DNA of 64,000 nt, taken from assembly GCA_965237955.1 (NCBI GenBank), contig OZ250169.1, positions 7,648,001 through 7,712,000 of the forward strand. The letters are read 5' to 3'. Origin of the DNA: Candidatus Marinacidobacterales bacterium. GTDB taxonomy: Bacteria > Acidobacteriota > Vicinamibacteria > Marinacidobacterales > SMYC01. Shown here piece by piece: positions 60,715 to 64,000 of the stretch. Positions within the stretch are counted from its first letter, which is position 1. Every line of letters begins with the position of its first letter. Position numbers and translations under genes: made by a program. The notes beneath the pieces were generated by a model. The model was given only the letters and a program-made list of their open reading frames with translations, searched no databases and was not told where the DNA came from.

Positions 60715-61782
60715 TCAGTCCGCGACGGCCCCCCAAATATCTCCAACAGTGAAACCGTCGGGGAAGGGGTCGTCGGGGTCCACCACGTACTGCGCGAAGC
60801 CGGTGATCCATGCGGAGCCGCTCAACGTCGGCACCACCGCCGGATAATCACCGACGGTCGTTTCACGGACCAATTTGCCGGTGAAGATGGTACCGAGAGG
60901 ACCTTCATGGCGAAATTCTTCGTTCAACGCGAGCTCGCCCTTCGCGTGAAGCACCGCCATCTTCGCGCACGTGCCGGTGCCGCACGGCGACCGGTCCAGT
61001 GCCCCCGTCCAGGTATCGGGCCGATCCCAATCGAGCGTTCCCGTGGAAACGATGACCGCGTTCTTGCGGTGCGCCTTGGGGTCGAGCGGCGGGCCGGACA
61101 GTTGTCCGATGGTGATGCCCTGGATCTCCGGGTTCTCGGGATGCACGGCCTCTAGCTGTTCCTGTGCGGCTTTTTTGATCATCTCGCCGATGCGGGCGAT
61201 CTTGCCGCCTTCGTCGGCGGTGAGTCGAAGCCCGAATTGCTCCGCGTCGGCGATGACGTAGAACATCCCGCCGTACGCGACATCGACCCGCACCTTGCCG
61301 AGCTCGGGCACGTCGATCTCGCGATCGGTATGGACGGCGAACGCCGGCACGTTCTCGAACGTGACGCTTTTGACCTTCCCGTCTCTGACTTCGGCGGTGA
61401 CTTCGATGAGCCCGGCGGGGGACTCGAGGGTCAGCTTGGTGATGGGCTCCTCCGAAGGCACCATGCCGGTCTCGATCAGCGCGGTGGTGACGCAAATCGT
61501 GTTGGTTCCTGACATCGGCGGGTATTCCACTTGCTCCATGATCACGAAACCCGCGTCCGCCTCGGGACGAGTCGGTGGGAGGATGAGGTTGCAGTTCGCT
61601 GCCGGATAGCCGCGCGGTTCTCGCAGCATGCGCTTTCTGAGGTGGTCCGCGTTCGTTCTCAGATGCGTCATCTTGTCGAACATCGTCGCTCCAGGAACGT
61701 CGAGGACGCCGCCGGTGATGACTCGACCCGGCTCGCCGCAGGCGTGGAGATCCACCGCGTGAATCGTGCTCGCGAACCGCAT
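60715..61782 (-). CDS. Proline racemase family protein (Ser/Cys active-site type)
   Basis: HACGEPGR, EPRG, MSGTN, DVAYGG, DRSPCGTGT. Confidence 0.9.
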   Translation of the reverse strand: MRFASTIHAVDLHACGEPGRVITGGVLDVPGATMFDKMTHLRTNADHLRKRMLREPRGYPAANCNLILPPTRPEADAGFVIMEQVEYPPMSGTNTICVTTALIETGMVPSEEPITKLTLESPAGLIEVTAEVRDGKVKSVTFENVPAFAVHTDREIDVPELGKVRVDVAYGGMFYVIADAEQFGLRLTADEGGKIARIGEMIKKAAQEQLEAVHPENPEIQGITIGQLSGPPLDPKAHRKNAVIVSTGTLDWDRPDTWTGALDRSPCGTGTCAKMAVLHAKGELALNEEFRHEGPLGTIFTGKLVRETTVGDYPAVVPTLSGSAWITGFAQYVVDPDDPFPDGFTVGDIWGAVAD

Positions 61783-61819
61783 GGTTGCGATCATAACCGA
61801 GATTCTCTTACGTTTCGCT

Positions 61820-62032
61820 ATGCGCCTAACGTTTCCCGAGGTCGTCGGCTCCGTCGGAGTATTCCTGCTGCTGGTTGCGTTTTTTCTGAACTGGTTCGGT
61901 CGCATCCGGCATACCGCTCGTACCTATCAGCTCATGAACGCAGTGGGCGCGGGCCTACCGTGCTACGCGTCCTATCTGATTGGGTTCGCTCCGTTTGTCT
62001 TTCTCGAGGGCACGTGGTGGGACGTACAATAG
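61820..62032 (+). CDS. Small membrane protein (CBU_0592-like), possibly C-terminally truncated
   Basis: G.VG..LLL.AF...YQLMNAVGA...FVFLEGTW. Confidence 0.55.
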   Translation: MRLTFPEVVGSVGVFLLLVAFFLNWFGRIRHTARTYQLMNAVGAGLPCYASYLIGFAPFVFLEGTWWDVQ

Positions 62033-62038
62033 GGTCCC

Positions 62039-62770
62039 GTGATTGACAACTGGCCGAAGACGATCCCGACGCTCACGCGCGATCAGATGGTCGAAGTCGA
62101 CCGGTCGATGATCGAGGACTTCGGGATCGAGCTTCTTCAAATGATGGAGAACGCTGGCCGCCACCTCGCGCACCTGACCCGCGATCGCTTCCTCGGCGGT
62201 GATGCCCGCGACAAGGCGGTCACGGTTCTTGCGGGAACGGGTGGCAACGGCGGCGGCGCGCTCGTCGCCGCGCGCCGGCTATCGGATTGGGGTGCCCACG
62301 TCGAAATTGCCCTCATGCGTCCCGAGGACGGCTACATGGGGGCGGCCGCTCATCAACTCGCCATCGCTCAGAAACTGAAGCTGAAACTGAAGCGCGCTGA
62401 CCAGGAAAGCCTCGACGACGCTACCGACGTGATCGTCGATGGCATGGTCGGGTACAGCCTTCGCGGTCGTCCCAAAGGCACGGTTGCCGATTGTATTCGT
62501 TGGGCGACCGCTCACCCGGCCCCGGTGCTCGCGCTCGATCTCCCGACGGGTCTCGACGCCACCACCGGTGAGACCCGCGGGCAGTCCATCAAAGCGACGG
62601 CGACGATGACGCTGGCACTTCCCAAAGCGGGTCTCGCGGTCATGGGCGCAGAGGAGTTCACCGGCGCGCTCTATCTCGCCGACATCGGGGTTCCAGAGGT
62701 GGTCTACCGGCGCATGGGGTTCGACGTGGGCCCGATCTTTTCGGGTTCCGATTTGTTGCGGTTGAGTTAA
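62039..62770 (+). CDS. nnrE: NAD(P)H-hydrate epimerase (YjeF-N)
   Basis: MMENAG, GTGGNGGG, VDGMVGY, LDLPTG, LADIG. Confidence 0.88.
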   Translation: MIDNWPKTIPTLTRDQMVEVDRSMIEDFGIELLQMMENAGRHLAHLTRDRFLGGDARDKAVTVLAGTGGNGGGALVAARRLSDWGAHVEIALMRPEDGYMGAAAHQLAIAQKLKLKLKRADQESLDDATDVIVDGMVGYSLRGRPKGTVADCIRWATAHPAPVLALDLPTGLDATTGETRGQSIKATATMTLALPKAGLAVMGAEEFTGALYLADIGVPEVVYRRMGFDVGPIFSGSDLLRLS

Positions 62771-62796
62771 CTGATGGAGGGTTTCATGAGAACGAC

Positions 62797-63114
62797 ACTG
62801 CTGGACCGACTACGGGATGAGCGGCGGCGAGCGGTTCCCAAGCCGCGGAAAGTCCACGCGGATCTTCGTCAGAGAAGACGGCAAGTGGCTCTGCATCCAC
62901 GGCCACTACACCGCGGTGCCTTGAAGCCACCCGGGTTTGCGGTTAGTCTCTCCGCTACCTGTGGAGCTACCAGGACGACTTCGTGAACGGCAAAGTAGAC
63001 GAGGCGAGAGAGAGCCTCGACAAAGTGCTCGCAGGGAAGTACTGGTCGGCTTTCGGCTACATCGCCGCCGAGGCGGACGTGAAGCGCATGGAGGCCGCGG
63101 GAGCTTCGAACTGA
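62797..63114 (+). pseudogene. Two abutting gene 3'-end remnants (NTF2/DUF4440-like and TPR-like)
   Basis: ...RGKSTRIFVREDGKWLCIHGHYTAVP* followed by ...NGKVDEARESLDKVLAGKYWSAFGYIAAEAD...*; neither has a 5' part. Confidence 0.45.
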
Positions 63115-63635
63115 CACAGGAGAAACGAGCCTTCGCCGCCATCGGCGTCGTGAGCGCCGGGGTCCTCGGCTTTCTGTTTTGGCTGCTCTATTTCCGCTCC
63201 GCCGCAGCCGGCGCTCCGGCGTGGACGAGCTCGCTTCCGACGCTCAACGCGTGCTTGAATTTCTCGAGCGCCGTCCTCTTAACCGCCGGCTTCGTCGCCA
63301 TCAAAAACGGCCACCGCGAGCGGCACAAGAAGCTCATGTTCGCGGCGGTCCTCGTCGCCGGCACGTTCCTCGTGAGCTACATCATCTATCATCACTTTCA
63401 CGGCGATACGCGCTTCGGAGGGGAAGGGCTCATCCGCCCGATCTATTTCTTCGTTCTCATAAGCCACATCGCGCTGTCGATGGTGGCTCTCCCCCTGGTG
63501 TTGACGACGCTCTTCTTCGCCGGCACGGAGCAGTTCCAGCGTCACAAAAAGCTCGCGCGGTTCACGTTCCCGATATGGCTCTACGTGTCAGTCACCGGTG
63601 TCGCCGTGTACTTCTTTTTGAAGCTCTGGGGGTAG
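63111..63635 (+). CDS. DUF420 membrane protein (start uncertain)
   Basis: LPTLNACLN, HKKLM, FLVSY, LISHIALS, HKKLAR..PIWLYVSVTGV. Confidence 0.85.
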   Translation: MTQEKRAFAAIGVVSAGVLGFLFWLLYFRSAAAGAPAWTSSLPTLNACLNFSSAVLLTAGFVAIKNGHRERHKKLMFAAVLVAGTFLVSYIIYHHFHGDTRFGGEGLIRPIYFFVLISHIALSMVALPLVLTTLFFAGTEQFQRHKKLARFTFPIWLYVSVTGVAVYFFLKLWG

Positions 63636-63640
63636 AGGCC

Positions 63641-63832
63641 TTATCGCGTGTGCAGGCCTTGCTTGATCAAGTAGTGCTCGGTGACCATCATCAGGCAGTC
63701 CGTATCGCTGACCTCTCGTCCTGCTAAGCGTCGGCAGATCGCGCGAATTTCTTGCCAGCGGCGTGCGTCGACGCGCATCTCTAACGTCTCGGCTGAGCCC
63801 GGGCGCTCTCTCGTCTCTTTCCAATCCATCAT
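63641..63832 (-). CDS. Small hypothetical protein
   Basis: Strong GAAGGAGG RBS ahead of ATGATG; 63 aa. Confidence 0.55.
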   Translation of the reverse strand: MMDWKETRERPGSAETLEMRVDARRWQEIRAICRRLAGREVSDTDCLMMVTEHYLIKQGLHTR

Positions 63833-64000
63833 CTTGACGACCTCCTTCACTGAATAAGACGAGTTTTCACAGCCTAGCCCTCCCTGTCCCGTCGCCCGCT
63901 GGGAAGCCAGCATCTAATAACAGCTCGACACTCTATTTACCCGATACCACCTGTCGTGGTTCAAGCACCGGAACACCCCTCATTTTGCGGTTGATCTCGA

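Noticed and set aside
11714-64000. Selenoproteins (in-frame UGA) expected given tRNA-Sec
   Set aside because: No TGA was seen interrupting a recognisable domain. The DUF1800 stop is TAA and the racemase Ser is TCA. The inspection by eye was not exhaustive.

Overview
High-GC bacterial chromosome window. The hfq type, the smpB/holB/tmk context and the PilMNO-GspDEFG cluster suggest an Acidobacteriota (Vicinamibacteria-like) genome; this is an inference. Positions 1-11.7 kb look like the right part of a decayed integrative element. Its cargo is a ThuA-like protein, an SGNH/propeller/cupredoxin protein, a D-aminoacylase and an AT-rich GH2 gene. It also holds nested IS remnants (an rve/IS481-like element with 102-bp IRs, an IS21 left end, an IS91-like fragment), then xis plus a frameshifted tyrosine integrase that abuts the 5' end of a complete tRNA-Sec. 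The rest is mostly core genome: smr, an RHH/PIN TA pair, a TRAP transporter, an FAD/Fe-S oxidoreductase, a DEDD exonuclease, LigD with a degenerate ligase site, a 13-gene T2SS/T4P-like operon, smpB, hfq, an intact IS630, holB and tmk. Further on are a PATAN/roadblock-cNMP-PilZ signalling trio, an orphan senA, OPT+PqqD/RRE+M28 peptidase, a DUF1800/DUF1501 pair with a long Cys-pair Ig repeat extension, an M20 peptidase, a Tat micro-protein plus amidase, a divergent GuaB, a Ser/Cys proline-racemase homologue, nnrE and DUF420. Several genes are broken by deletions or stops. All calls come from motif recognition by eye; no database searches were run.
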